Of a stretch of DNA of 64,000 bases, positions 7,577 through 16,919 are shown one piece after another; the first letter of the stretch is position 1, and every line of letters begins with the position of its first letter. Made by a program: the position numbers and the translations under genes. Source of the DNA: a virus; IMG/VR virus record IMGVR_UViG_3300042402_005830, positions 1 through 64,000 of that record; one strand, 5' to 3'. Below the pieces are notes generated by a model. That model was given only the letters and a program-made list of their open reading frames with translations. It was not told where the DNA came from and searched no databases.

Positions 7577-7995
7577 ACCTTGATGTTCAACAACACCGAA
7601 GCATTTCCTTCCCACTTCTCAATTTGACGCTTTGGAACCGTAAGTTCGAACTCACCAAGAGAATTGATCTTGTCTTCAACATTTTGTTTAAAGGACTCAA
7701 TCTGAGCTTTTGAAGTTGGGAATTTCAACCCCAACCCCTTGGAGCAAACCGGTCCGATTCCACCAACTTGAGACATCGGGGTCTTGAGGGTTGCTCCGCA
7801 ACAACGGCAAATCGTTCCGTTGTTATGGGTGAGTTTTACCACTAACTTCATGTTGATCGGATCCATATCAACCAATCCGACCACATCTACAACTTGGGGA
7901 TGGAAGTTCAAACCATATTCCTTTTGAACAGTTTTTGCAAACTTCCGTCCAATTTTGATCGTGTTGCCAACCCCCAAGTCGAATTTCTTTTTCAT
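7573..7995 (-). CDS. Zn-ribbon protein (DUF6011-like)
   Basis: CRCCGATLKTPMS...GIGPVC motif. Confidence 0.65.
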   Translation of the reverse strand: MKKKFDLGVGNTIKIGRKFAKTVQKEYGLNFHPQVVDVVGLVDMDPINMKLVVKLTHNNGTICRCCGATLKTPMSQVGGIGPVCSKGLGLKFPTSKAQIESFKQNVEDKINSLGEFELTVPKRQIEKWEGNASVLLNIKV

Positions 7996-8059
7996 GATCG
8001 TTTTATTGAGATCACAAATATATGAAAAGTTTTTATTTATTCCAAAAAAAATTTTAATT

Positions 8060-9244
8060 TCAAATTAAGAAAGAACATTCATAAATTTTGTTTTCTTTAT
8101 AAATCACCATACATTGATTATGATCTTCAAAAGATATTTTTTTAATTATAAAATAATTTATACCTGACTGAAGATCAATACGGTAAAACGATTCCTTGTG
8201 TGGTTCAGAAATAGAAAAAACTTTTACCATCATAGACTCCGAATTTTCTAAACTGATATTAAAATTTACTTTTTCAAACTCACCAACATAATTTTTTTCA
8301 TGTGATAAAAAACTTAAAGAATTATTATTTTCAAAAGGATTTGATAAGGTAGTAATAATTTTTGTATATTCATCATCATTCAATTTTAAGTCATTTAAGT
8401 AATCGACTTCATTCAAAAATCTTTTTGTGTGTATAAAAGAAACAATTTTCTTTAATTTTTCTATATTTTCCAACGACGATTCAATGCTTAAAAAAAAAGG
8501 AACATTATAACATAAAAACTGAGAAATAAATTTTGTGAAATTATTTTTATTGTAAAGATAGTTGAACGCCGTTTCATCACCCAAAGGTAAATAAAGATCA
8601 AAATCCAAGTTCTCTTCGAAAACATTTTGACAAATCTTGTCTACATTATCAAAAAAATCAAAACAATTATTAGTATAGAAAAAACAGTATGTCGATATGT
8701 AATCATTGGTATTTGGTTCTTCTCCATATAGTTTAGATAAATGATAATATGTAAGAGATTTTTTATTTATACTTCCATCTTCGTTTATTATTCTTTCCGA
8801 ATTACCATGGTTACAATATTGAAAGAAAAATTTAGTTCCGATTGGTGTGTCAGTATCTTTAAATTCTTTTATACAATTCAAAAATAAATTGTCGGAATTC
8901 TTGGTGAAAATTACATCACAATCAATGAAGAAAAAATATTTAAATTTGTCTAAATAATTTTTTAGTATTTTGGGTTTTAGAGTTGTTGTGTATTTGTGTT
9001 TCTCATAATCATTTTTAATAAAAGTGTTATATTCATTATTCATATAACCTTCAAGTATTTCATCGTGATATTTTACAAATTCTATATTTTTATAACTGAC
9101 ATCAGTAATTTCAAAATTGATTGTAAAAATCACTAAATTTATATTACTAAATTTTTGATGTGTTTGTATTAATTTATCTAATAATGGAAGGTAATTTTGA
9201 TCAACAATTGTTGTGTATGTTATACCATTGAATTTTTTTTCCAT
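8060..9244 (-). CDS. putative GT-A fold glycosyltransferase
   Basis: TIVDQNY, KP, FFIDCD (DxD) and GDETAFN motifs. Confidence 0.65.
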   Translation of the reverse strand: MEKKFNGITYTTIVDQNYLPLLDKLIQTHQKFSNINLVIFTINFEITDVSYKNIEFVKYHDEILEGYMNNEYNTFIKNDYEKHKYTTTLKPKILKNYLDKFKYFFFIDCDVIFTKNSDNLFLNCIKEFKDTDTPIGTKFFFQYCNHGNSERIINEDGSINKKSLTYYHLSKLYGEEPNTNDYISTYCFFYTNNCFDFFDNVDKICQNVFEENLDFDLYLPLGDETAFNYLYNKNNFTKFISQFLCYNVPFFLSIESSLENIEKLKKIVSFIHTKRFLNEVDYLNDLKLNDDEYTKIITTLSNPFENNNSLSFLSHEKNYVGEFEKVNFNISLENSESMMVKVFSISEPHKESFYRIDLQSGINYFIIKKISFEDHNQCMVIYKENKIYECSFLI

Positions 9245-9310
9245 GATTAAACTGATAATATTTTCATTTTATTGAAAAATATTAGTTACAATAAAACACA
9301 AGGAAAGTTT

Positions 9311-9766
9311 TTATTTTTCTGTGATCTTTAAATTCATATCTTCTCCACTCACAAAAAATCCTTTTCCCTTGAGATTCTCAACCAAAAGGTGGGGAACACC
9401 ATTGTCATCAAAATAAAACATGCTGAATTTTTCAACCGTTGGGTTATAAACATAAAAATATCTGTCATTAGATAAAATAACATTGAATGAGGTGATCAAA
9501 CTTTCTTCTTCAATGACATTTCCGAGAGAATCCCTCTCAATAACCTCAACTTCATTCGTGTTGAAATTGTAGATATATGTGATGTCGTAACCTCCTCCCG
9601 ATCCAATATATTCAATATTGTCCTGCCAGTTGTTATTTGATACAACAATTTGTCCAGGGTTTGAATTCATATAACTATTATGTGCAAATTGTCGAATTTC
9701 AAATACTTGGGACTGAACCTTGATTGAGAACAACAGAACCGTGAATAAGAATGTTAGATTTTTCAT
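9311..9766 (-). CDS. secreted hypothetical protein
   Basis: Bacteroidota-style signal peptide MKNLTFLFTVLLFSIKVQS-Q. Confidence 0.7.
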   Translation of the reverse strand: MKNLTFLFTVLLFSIKVQSQVFEIRQFAHNSYMNSNPGQIVVSNNNWQDNIEYIGSGGGYDITYIYNFNTNEVEVIERDSLGNVIEEESLITSFNVILSNDRYFYVYNPTVEKFSMFYFDDNGVPHLLVENLKGKGFFVSGEDMNLKITEK

Positions 9767-9855
9767 GTCTTATGAATTTCTACAAATATAAGAATATTAC
9801 ATAAGTTTTCCAAATTTTTGTAACTCTAATATATTTATAAGAAAAATTAATTTAA

Positions 9856-10452
9856 ATGAAACATTTATTGAATAACATCTCTGATGATGAAAAAAGATCC
9901 ATCTTGGAACAACATAAAGGTGGAATGAAAATATATAACGAAAAATTCGATGCTCTTATAAATAAAAGGTTGGGTGAAATTGATCTTTTTGAGCAAGAAT
10001 TTAAAGAAAGAGTTGACGAGAAAACCTTTTCAACAGGAAATGTATCTGATTTACCTCAAGAAATAAAAGATCGTTTGTTTGAAATTGGACAAAATAGTAA
10101 AGATTTCATTTCTTATAGACAAACAAATATGAAGGACGGAGAATTGAATGACAATGCTAAAGCTTATTATTTAATGCCTTTAGCACAATGGTCAATCAAG
10201 ACAGCTTTGGGGGTGACTAACGCAACTATGGACGAAGCAATTAGAAGAGTAGCCAACGAATCGTATTTAACTAATGTTTCTCAAAAAATGTCTCAGACTC
10301 CGTCACAAAAAACTACAGATGGTAAAGAAACTTCTGAGGAAAGAGTAAAAAAGGCATTTTTATACTTTGATCCCAAAACTTTAAGTCAAGTAATTTTGGA
10401 TAATTATAATAGAATCAAAGGATTGATTATAGCAGGTAAGACTATTCAGTAA
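9856..10452 (+). CDS. hypothetical protein, probably late or virion-associated
   Basis: 198-aa ORF; TATTTAT at 9832; EKRSILEQH leader. Confidence 0.65.
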   Translation: MKHLLNNISDDEKRSILEQHKGGMKIYNEKFDALINKRLGEIDLFEQEFKERVDEKTFSTGNVSDLPQEIKDRLFEIGQNSKDFISYRQTNMKDGELNDNAKAYYLMPLAQWSIKTALGVTNATMDEAIRRVANESYLTNVSQKMSQTPSQKTTDGKETSEERVKKAFLYFDPKTLSQVILDNYNRIKGLIIAGKTIQ

Positions 10453-10500
10453 TTTTATAATTTAATTCAGTTCCACTACAAAAATACTATTATACTTTTA

Positions 10501-10530
10501 AATTCCCCACCAATAAGTGGGGAATTTTTT
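10501..10530. terminator. bidirectional intrinsic terminator
   Basis: AATTCCCCAC-caataa-GTGGGGAATT hairpin between convergent genes. Confidence 0.8.
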
Positions 10531-11093
10531 CATCTCATATTTACAGTAGAATAAAAGGTATTGTGTTTTTCGCTGTAAAGCGTTGAAATTGAAATATAAA
10601 TCATATCACTTTCCATCAAAGATTCCCAATGAGGTGGGCTATCTTCATATTGATCCAAAAAATAACTTCTATTTTTATCAGTATCAAAAGAACCGCCGGT
10701 TCTTGATGCCACACATTCTGACATTCTTAAGTATCCACATCGAGAAAGTTTATTGGAGAAATATTGAACGGAACCGACATGTGATACCTCATTTTTTTCA
10801 AGTTGCCATGTGTTATGAGGTAAGGTTACACAATTATACATAGTGGAATCATAAACCAAAACATTCAATCCATTTTTAACCCGAACTTTATTTAACATAG
10901 TAAAAAACTCAAAGGAAAGGGAATGAAGCATGGAATCCATATCCATATAACGATAATTCCAAGGAGAACCATCTGGATCATCACAAGGACATAGAACGAA
11001 TTCACCAATGTCTTCGTTTTCCTTCCAACAACGTTTTTGTGCCTGAATTGTTAAACTGAACATGAGTAAGGAAAAGAGAAATGTGTATTTCAT
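10530..11093 (-). CDS. secreted CAP (SCP/PR-1) domain protein
   Basis: Signal peptide; LNKVRVKNGL, SH, ECVA and SPPHW CAP motifs. Confidence 0.75.
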   Translation of the reverse strand: MKYTFLFSLLMFSLTIQAQKRCWKENEDIGEFVLCPCDDPDGSPWNYRYMDMDSMLHSLSFEFFTMLNKVRVKNGLNVLVYDSTMYNCVTLPHNTWQLEKNEVSHVGSVQYFSNKLSRCGYLRMSECVASRTGGSFDTDKNRSYFLDQYEDSPPHWESLMESDMIYISISTLYSEKHNTFYSTVNMR

Positions 11094-11147
11094 AACTTAA
11101 GTATAATAAAAAAACCCCATACCGTCAAATAGGTAAGGGGTTCGAAG

Positions 11148-11538
11148 TGGAGGCGGGGTGACTCGAACACCCGTCCCAAATATCTCAAACAGAGAGTACT
11201 ACACGTTTAGGTCATTATTGGTTCTCAATAATCCGAAATATCTGAATTCTCACACCGTTCAGCCACGGTGGTAACTCTTTAAGAGGAGTCACACCCTTTG
11301 GTTATTAAGAGAACCACCCTTCTGCGGACTTCTGTTCATAGGTTATATGTCCTGACCGACCCGATGGTCACGGAGCCTTAGGCTGCGTAAACCTCTTCAG
11401 ACTGAAGGAGACCAACAGACTGAAGTTTTGCGAAAGTTTCGCCGTTTGTCTTTTGAAACCATAGATTATAGTGATAGATTTCGTCTCACTACGTGCACTC
11501 TGTGCCTGACCATACCGGTCAAATCCAAAAACGCCCCC
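11148..11538 (-). ncRNA. ssrA: tmRNA; tag (A)GETFAKLQSVGLLQSEEVYAA* at 11443-11378
   Basis: 5' GGGGGCG / 3' CGCCTCCA acceptor with G3-U70; GGATTTGAC 5' motif; TTCGAG T-loop; tag ending YAA; promoter upstream and terminator hairpin downstream. Confidence 0.93.
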
Positions 11539-11591
11539 ATATTTTCAAAGAACACCACAAATATAAATACTTTTTATCAAACAAACAACTA

Positions 11592-12167
11592 TCACCTTAC
11601 ATTTACCGTGGAATAAAATGTATCCCACTCTTTGTCATATACTACCGATACTGAAATATATTGATATTTAGGGTCTGTTAGAACATCCCAATGTGGTTTA
11701 CTATTTTGGTATTGAATAAAAAACCTTGAAACACCATCTTCATCTTTGGTTGAATTGTATGCCACACACTCGGCAACCATTGATAATCCTACATTTCTTA
11801 GTCTTTCACTGTAAGAAATAGAAGATTTACCATCAACATTGGTACCTTCACCGTGAGAGATACATTTGTTATTCAATTGCCATTGGTTGTGAGGATTGGA
11901 TAAAATCCGTTCCATTTCTTTATCATACGTTAGTCCTCCAAGATTATGTTCTCTCCTCCATTTGTTGAGAGTTTGAACAAACAACTTTTCCATTTCGGTA
12001 CAAACCGAATCGACATTTGATTTAATGGATGGGACGGGTCTAACATCATCACAATCAAAATAGAATTTTTTCATATTTTCATCAAAGAAAAAACATTTTT
12101 CTTCTTGTCCGTATAACCCTGAAAGGATTGTGGTAAGGATAAAAGAAATAAAGAATAATTGTTTCAT
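11592..12167 (-). CDS. secreted CAP (SCP/PR-1) domain protein, paralog of 10530-11093
   Basis: Signal peptide; LNKWRREHNL, ISH, ECVA, SKPHW; shared FYSTVNxR C-terminus. Confidence 0.75.
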   Translation of the reverse strand: MKQLFFISFILTTILSGLYGQEEKCFFFDENMKKFYFDCDDVRPVPSIKSNVDSVCTEMEKLFVQTLNKWRREHNLGGLTYDKEMERILSNPHNQWQLNNKCISHGEGTNVDGKSSISYSERLRNVGLSMVAECVAYNSTKDEDGVSRFFIQYQNSKPHWDVLTDPKYQYISVSVVYDKEWDTFYSTVNVR

Positions 12168-12233
12168 AGTACAAGTATAACAAATTTTTTTAAATTATGT
12201 TAATTGTTGAAAAATTTTTTATATCTTTGTATT

Positions 12234-13019
12234 ATGAAGAAAGAAGATTTGGATTTTTTTAAATCACTACTTAGCGTTCCGTCCAATACAGGTCAGGAAG
12301 ATCTAATGATTGATTACTTGTCGGACTATCTCTATAGTAAAGATTATGATTTTTATTTGGACGATATGTCCAACATCTATATCACCAAAGGTAAAACAGA
12401 ATTTTATCCATGTTTTGTGGCTCACTTGGATACGGTTCATCATATGAGTAATATCTTAGTAAAGGAAGAAAAACACCCGAACGATCACGGTGAATATAAA
12501 GATGCTCTAAAAGCATATACTCCTTTTAGTAATCAACCAACAGGTATTGGTGGTGATGATAAGTGTGGAATTTTTGTATGTCTCCAACTACTTGAAAAAT
12601 TGGACAATGTAAAAGTTGCCTTTTTTGTGTCTGAAGAAATTGGTTGTATTGGATCATCCGTGGCTGATGACTTTTTTTTCGAAGATGTTGGATATGTTGT
12701 TCAGTTTGACGCACCATCAAACTTTATGGTGAGTGAATTTTGTTCAGGAGTCCAACTTTTCAAACGAGATTCGGAGTTCTTCGGACGGATTGAACCAGTA
12801 TTGACCGAAACATTCAACCCCAACCATCAACTGCAACGACATCCTTATACCGATGTGAAAGCTTTGAAACAACTATTCCCACATATCAGTATGATTAATC
12901 TATCTTGTGGGTATCATAATTACCACACACCCAACGAATACATCATATTGGAAGAAGTGGAAAATGCGGTGGTTACAGGATTAGAAATCTACGATAAATT
13001 AGGTTGTGAAAGGTTATAA
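12234..13019 (+). CDS. M20/M28-clan zinc metallopeptidase
   Basis: AHLDTVH, GGDDKCG, EEIGCIGS and YHTPNE motifs; start moved to ATG 12234 after the TATCTTTG promoter. Confidence 0.85.
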   Translation: MKKEDLDFFKSLLSVPSNTGQEDLMIDYLSDYLYSKDYDFYLDDMSNIYITKGKTEFYPCFVAHLDTVHHMSNILVKEEKHPNDHGEYKDALKAYTPFSNQPTGIGGDDKCGIFVCLQLLEKLDNVKVAFFVSEEIGCIGSSVADDFFFEDVGYVVQFDAPSNFMVSEFCSGVQLFKRDSEFFGRIEPVLTETFNPNHQLQRHPYTDVKALKQLFPHISMINLSCGYHNYHTPNEYIILEEVENAVVTGLEIYDKLGCERL

Positions 13020-13046
13020 AAAAAGTGGGATCACTCCCACTTTTTT
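13017..13046. terminator. bidirectional intrinsic terminator
   Basis: AAAAAGTGGGA-tcac-TCCCACTTTTTT. Confidence 0.85.
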
Positions 13047-13047
13047 C

Positions 13048-15066
13048 TTATCTCTTTTTTCTGAGTGTGACTTTATCCTCTTTCATATATAACTCATACT
13101 TTTTATCAAGTACGATATTTTTTCTCAATACATTTTCAGATATAAAGTCTTCTACTTGTTCTTGAATTGCTCTTTTTAAAGGTCTTGCTCCGAATTCCTC
13201 ATCATATCCGACTTTTCCGATGTGTTGATAAACACTATCATCAAAGTTGATATAATATCCAAGTTCATCCAAACGATCTTTGAGTTGAACAAACTCAATC
13301 TCGATGATTTTGTGAATGTCGGTTTCATTGAGTGAATTGAAAAGAACAATTTCATCTACTCGGTTTAAAAACTCAGGTGAGAAATAATTTTTGACTTCTT
13401 TTTTAAGAATATCCTTTTTAATTTCTTCACTGTTTGCCGCTCGGGATGATGTATTAAAACCAACTCCCGTTCCAAATTCCATCAACTTTTTAACACCGAG
13501 GTTTGAGGTCATAATTATCAAGGTATTCTTGAAGTTGATATGTCTCCCTGTGGAATCTGTGATGAATCCATCATCTAAGATTTGAAGGAGTATGGAGAAA
13601 ATATCTTTGTTGGCCTTTTCAACTTCATCAAAAAGAATGACCGAATATGGTTTGTTTTTAACCTGTTCCGTAAGTTGACCGCCTTCTCCGTATCCGACAT
13701 ACCCAGGAGGTGATCCAATCAATCTTGACAAAGAATGTTTTTCTTGGAATTCACTCATATCAACCCTGATTAAGGAATTTGAATCACCAAACACTTGTTT
13801 TGCTAGTTGTTTTGCAAGGTATGTCTTTCCTACCCCCGTTGATCCAAGGAAAATAAATGAACCAATCGGTCTGTTTGGATCCTTAATACCAAGTCGATTT
13901 CTTCTAATTGCTTTTGAGATTTTTTCAACTGCAGATTCCTGTCCAATTACTTTTTCATTGAGATTCTTTTCCAAATTAATCAAAGCATCTACATCATCCG
14001 CTGACAACTTGGTTACAGGAATTTTGGTAATTGATGCCACAACCTCATAAACCATGTCTTCAGTTATTTCTTTCCTTACCGTATTTTGCTCTTTTTCAAA
14101 CTTGAACTTTTCATCGTCCAATTGTTTTAAGACCTTTTTTTCACGGTCACGAAGATTCGCAGCTTCTTCATATCGTTGTTGTTTGACAACTGCTAGTTTT
14201 GTTTTCTTAATTTCCGCAGCCTCTTCTTTGAGTTTTTCAATGACTTCGGGAAGTTTGGTTGTTACCTGTGCTCGAGCCCCAAGTTCATCTAAAATATCGA
14301 TTGCTTTATCAGGAAATTCTCGATTAGTAATGTATCTATCCGCTAAACGAACACAAGCAGTGATCGCCTCTTCGTGGTAATTAACCTTGTGGAAATCCTC
14401 GTATTTGTCTTTGATATTTTGAAGGATCTGAATTGTTTCTTTTACTGAAGGTGGTTCAACAACAACTTTTTGAAATCTCCTTTCAAGAGCACCATCTTTT
14501 TCGATATTTTGACGATACTCATCCAATGTTGTCGCCCCAATACATTGAATCTCACCACGAGCAAGAGCTGGTTTGAATATGTTAGAAGCGTCCAATGATC
14601 CTGAACTGTTTCCAGCACCAACAATATTGTGGATTTCATCAATAAAGACAATAACCTCTCTCGTTTCTTGAAGTTCTTCAAGGATTACCTTCAATCGTTC
14701 TTCAAATTGACCACGATACTTTGTTCCAGCAACAATCGAAGTCATATCCAACGACACAATTCTTTTGTCACACAAATTACGAGGACAATCACCCTCAAAA
14801 ATCTTTTGAGCTAAACCTTCAACAATTGCGGTTTTACCACAACCTGGTTCGCCAATAATGATTGGATTGTTTTTCTTTCTTCTCGAAAGAATTTGAGCAA
14901 TTCGCAAAATCTCCTCCTCTCTTCCTACAACAGGATCTAATGCTCCTAACTCCGCCAATTTGGACAAATCTCTTGAAAAGTTGTCCAATACAGGTGTTTT
15001 AGAGTTAGGATTTTGTTTTTGTCTTTTTTCCCTTTTTGATTCACCGGGATCCATATCTTCTATCAT
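13048..15066 (-). CDS. clpC: ClpC-type AAA+ unfoldase lacking the N-terminal Clp-repeat domain
   Basis: Two Walker A motifs (GEPGCGKT, GSTGVGKT), UVR-type M-domain (QRYEEAANLRD), GYVG pore loop, VGF ClpP-docking loop. Confidence 0.92.
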   Translation of the reverse strand: MIEDMDPGESKREKRQKQNPNSKTPVLDNFSRDLSKLAELGALDPVVGREEEILRIAQILSRRKKNNPIIIGEPGCGKTAIVEGLAQKIFEGDCPRNLCDKRIVSLDMTSIVAGTKYRGQFEERLKVILEELQETREVIVFIDEIHNIVGAGNSSGSLDASNIFKPALARGEIQCIGATTLDEYRQNIEKDGALERRFQKVVVEPPSVKETIQILQNIKDKYEDFHKVNYHEEAITACVRLADRYITNREFPDKAIDILDELGARAQVTTKLPEVIEKLKEEAAEIKKTKLAVVKQQRYEEAANLRDREKKVLKQLDDEKFKFEKEQNTVRKEITEDMVYEVVASITKIPVTKLSADDVDALINLEKNLNEKVIGQESAVEKISKAIRRNRLGIKDPNRPIGSFIFLGSTGVGKTYLAKQLAKQVFGDSNSLIRVDMSEFQEKHSLSRLIGSPPGYVGYGEGGQLTEQVKNKPYSVILFDEVEKANKDIFSILLQILDDGFITDSTGRHINFKNTLIIMTSNLGVKKLMEFGTGVGFNTSSRAANSEEIKKDILKKEVKNYFSPEFLNRVDEIVLFNSLNETDIHKIIEIEFVQLKDRLDELGYYINFDDSVYQHIGKVGYDEEFGARPLKRAIQEQVEDFISENVLRKNIVLDKKYELYMKEDKVTLRKKR

Positions 15067-15075
15067 GTTCTAATA

Positions 15076-15774
15076 TTAATAATTTTTAACTAATTTATCT
15101 ATCTGTGAATAACCTGAAAACTGACTTGTCAAATCTTCTTTGAAACAAAGAAAGGGTATTTGTCTTTCAATAAAAGTGAACCACAACCAATCATCAGGTG
15201 TTGTCCAACCATCCTCGTCATATAAATTATGAAAGAAATTTTTTGAATTTTTGTTAATCAAATAACAGTGACCCAAAGTAATTTTATCACATTCATATAA
15301 ATTTCTACTTATTTGATCACCAAATTTTACATCTATTTTATCTAAACTATAACTTATCGGTTCGAATCTCACAATAGGGTATTTTGGATTTTCTTCCAAG
15401 ACTTTTATAGCTTCAGATAATCTTTCTTTAAATAAATCAATATCCAAAATACGACAATCACATTCACATATTAAAGAATAATCATCATCGGCAAAAGAAA
15501 GTAAAATAGCTTGTTTGTGAGATAACCACGCACCATAATGTCTATCTGTTAGACCCGTCTCGTTGTTTTCTTTTTGACTACCTCTATAAAAATTAACCCA
15601 ATTTTTGTAAATATTATTTAAAGGTGCTGGTCTATCATACGGTTGATTTTCAATTCTAATATATCTCAAACCCAACGATTTAAGTTGTTCCATCGATAAA
15701 ACTTCTCTTTCACTTGTATTGTCTAAACCTGATTGTATTATTTTACAATTCATTTTTTTATTTAAGAATATCAC
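15076..15774 (-). CDS. putative glycosyltransferase (GT25-like)
   Basis: GAWLSH...LICECDC...HCYLIN pattern. Confidence 0.6.
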   Translation of the reverse strand: MIFLNKKMNCKIIQSGLDNTSEREVLSMEQLKSLGLRYIRIENQPYDRPAPLNNIYKNWVNFYRGSQKENNETGLTDRHYGAWLSHKQAILLSFADDDYSLICECDCRILDIDLFKERLSEAIKVLEENPKYPIVRFEPISYSLDKIDVKFGDQISRNLYECDKITLGHCYLINKNSKNFFHNLYDEDGWTTPDDWLWFTFIERQIPFLCFKEDLTSQFSGYSQIDKLVKNY

Positions 15775-15906
15775 TATATCTTGAAAAAATCAATATTTAC
15801 ATTTTGTCAGGTTTTTTTGATTAATCTGACATTTTGTCATGTTTGTAACTTTGGCACAAAATTCGAAAAGGGGTGAAAATTAAATAAACCAAAAAAAATA
15901 AAAAAT

Positions 15907-16338
15907 ATGTTACGCAAAAGATTTAACCTAAACAACCTTTTTTCTGAATTTGATTCATTTTTTGAAGATTTTAACTCACCTCTTATGGTAAGAGGAAAAC
16001 GAGATGTTGAAACAGGTAATGATGAAAATGGTCAATGGACGAAAGAAACATTTACCTCAGAAGATGGATCTTATCAAATGACAACCATCATTCAACATGT
16101 GAATCAAGGATCAAAACAAACACCAAATGAGAAATCAAGTCTCCAAAAACAACTTGATCAAGCGGTGGAAAAACAGGATTTTGAGAAGGCTGCAAAACTC
16201 CGAGACCAAATTAAACAGATTGAATCGAATAAAGAAAAGATTCAAGAAGTTCAAACAAAACTTGATGAATCTATAAAAAAACAGGATTTTGAATCGGCGA
16301 TAAAATATAGGGATGAACTGAAAAAACTTAAATCATGA
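15907..16338 (+). CDS. protein with tandem UVR (UvrB/UvrC) coiled-coil motifs
   Basis: LDQAVEKQDFEKAAKLRDQIK and LDESIKKQDFESAIKYRDELK. Confidence 0.85.
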   Translation: MLRKRFNLNNLFSEFDSFFEDFNSPLMVRGKRDVETGNDENGQWTKETFTSEDGSYQMTTIIQHVNQGSKQTPNEKSSLQKQLDQAVEKQDFEKAAKLRDQIKQIESNKEKIQEVQTKLDESIKKQDFESAIKYRDELKKLKS

Positions 16339-16343
16339 ACATT

Positions 16344-16368
16344 AACCCCTCCCCACGGAGGGGTTTTT
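16344..16368 (+). terminator. intrinsic terminator
   Basis: AACCCCTCC-ccac-GGAGGGGTT followed by a T tract. Confidence 0.85.
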
Positions 16369-16390
16369 ATTTGTTGATATATTTATTGTC

Positions 16391-16693
16391 ATGAATATCA
16401 ATGATTATTTATCCTCTACATCAGACGATTCTGTTCTTTTGACAGAATATAGGAATTTTAGAAATATGTTTAATGAATTTTGTGATCGTGGTGTTGATTT
16501 GACTTCTGAATCAGATGAAACGGAAAGTTTGAGAAATCAACTCACAAAAATATCCGAGGAGATTGAAAATTTGAAGAAAACAATTCAAAATAACGGTTTT
16601 GAGATTACTGAAAACAAATTTTTTGAACACATTTATTCCAAGTTTAATATTATTGAGGAAGAAATACCTTTCAAAAATGGCAATACTATCTGA
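16391..16693 (+). CDS. hypothetical protein
   Basis: 100-aa ORF; TATTTAT at 16380. Confidence 0.6.
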   Translation: MNINDYLSSTSDDSVLLTEYRNFRNMFNEFCDRGVDLTSESDETESLRNQLTKISEEIENLKKTIQNNGFEITENKFFEHIYSKFNIIEEEIPFKNGNTI

Positions 16694-16919
16694 AAAAATA
16701 GAAGGAACAAAAATTATCAATGTGATTGAATCCTCAAACATCAATCAAACTGTGTATGACACAAACACCAAAAATCTTGAGGTGGTTTTTAAAAACGGAT
16801 CAACATTCTTATATGAAGATGTCCCACATCAAATTTATACAAAATTTAGAATGGCAGAATCTCAAGGTTCTTTTTTTAATAAAAATATCGCAAAGACTTT
16901 TAAATTTAGTAAAAAATGA
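16677..16919 (+). CDS. KTSC domain protein
   Basis: SSNI...YD...LEVVFKNG...Y.DVP...AESQGSFFNKNI; start reassigned to ATG 16677. Confidence 0.85.
   Translation: MAILSEKIEGTKIINVIESSNINQTVYDTNTKNLEVVFKNGSTFLYEDVPHQIYTKFRMAESQGSFFNKNIAKTFKFSKK

Noticed and set aside
11428-11616. 62-aa plus-strand ORF
   Set aside because: Antisense to tmRNA
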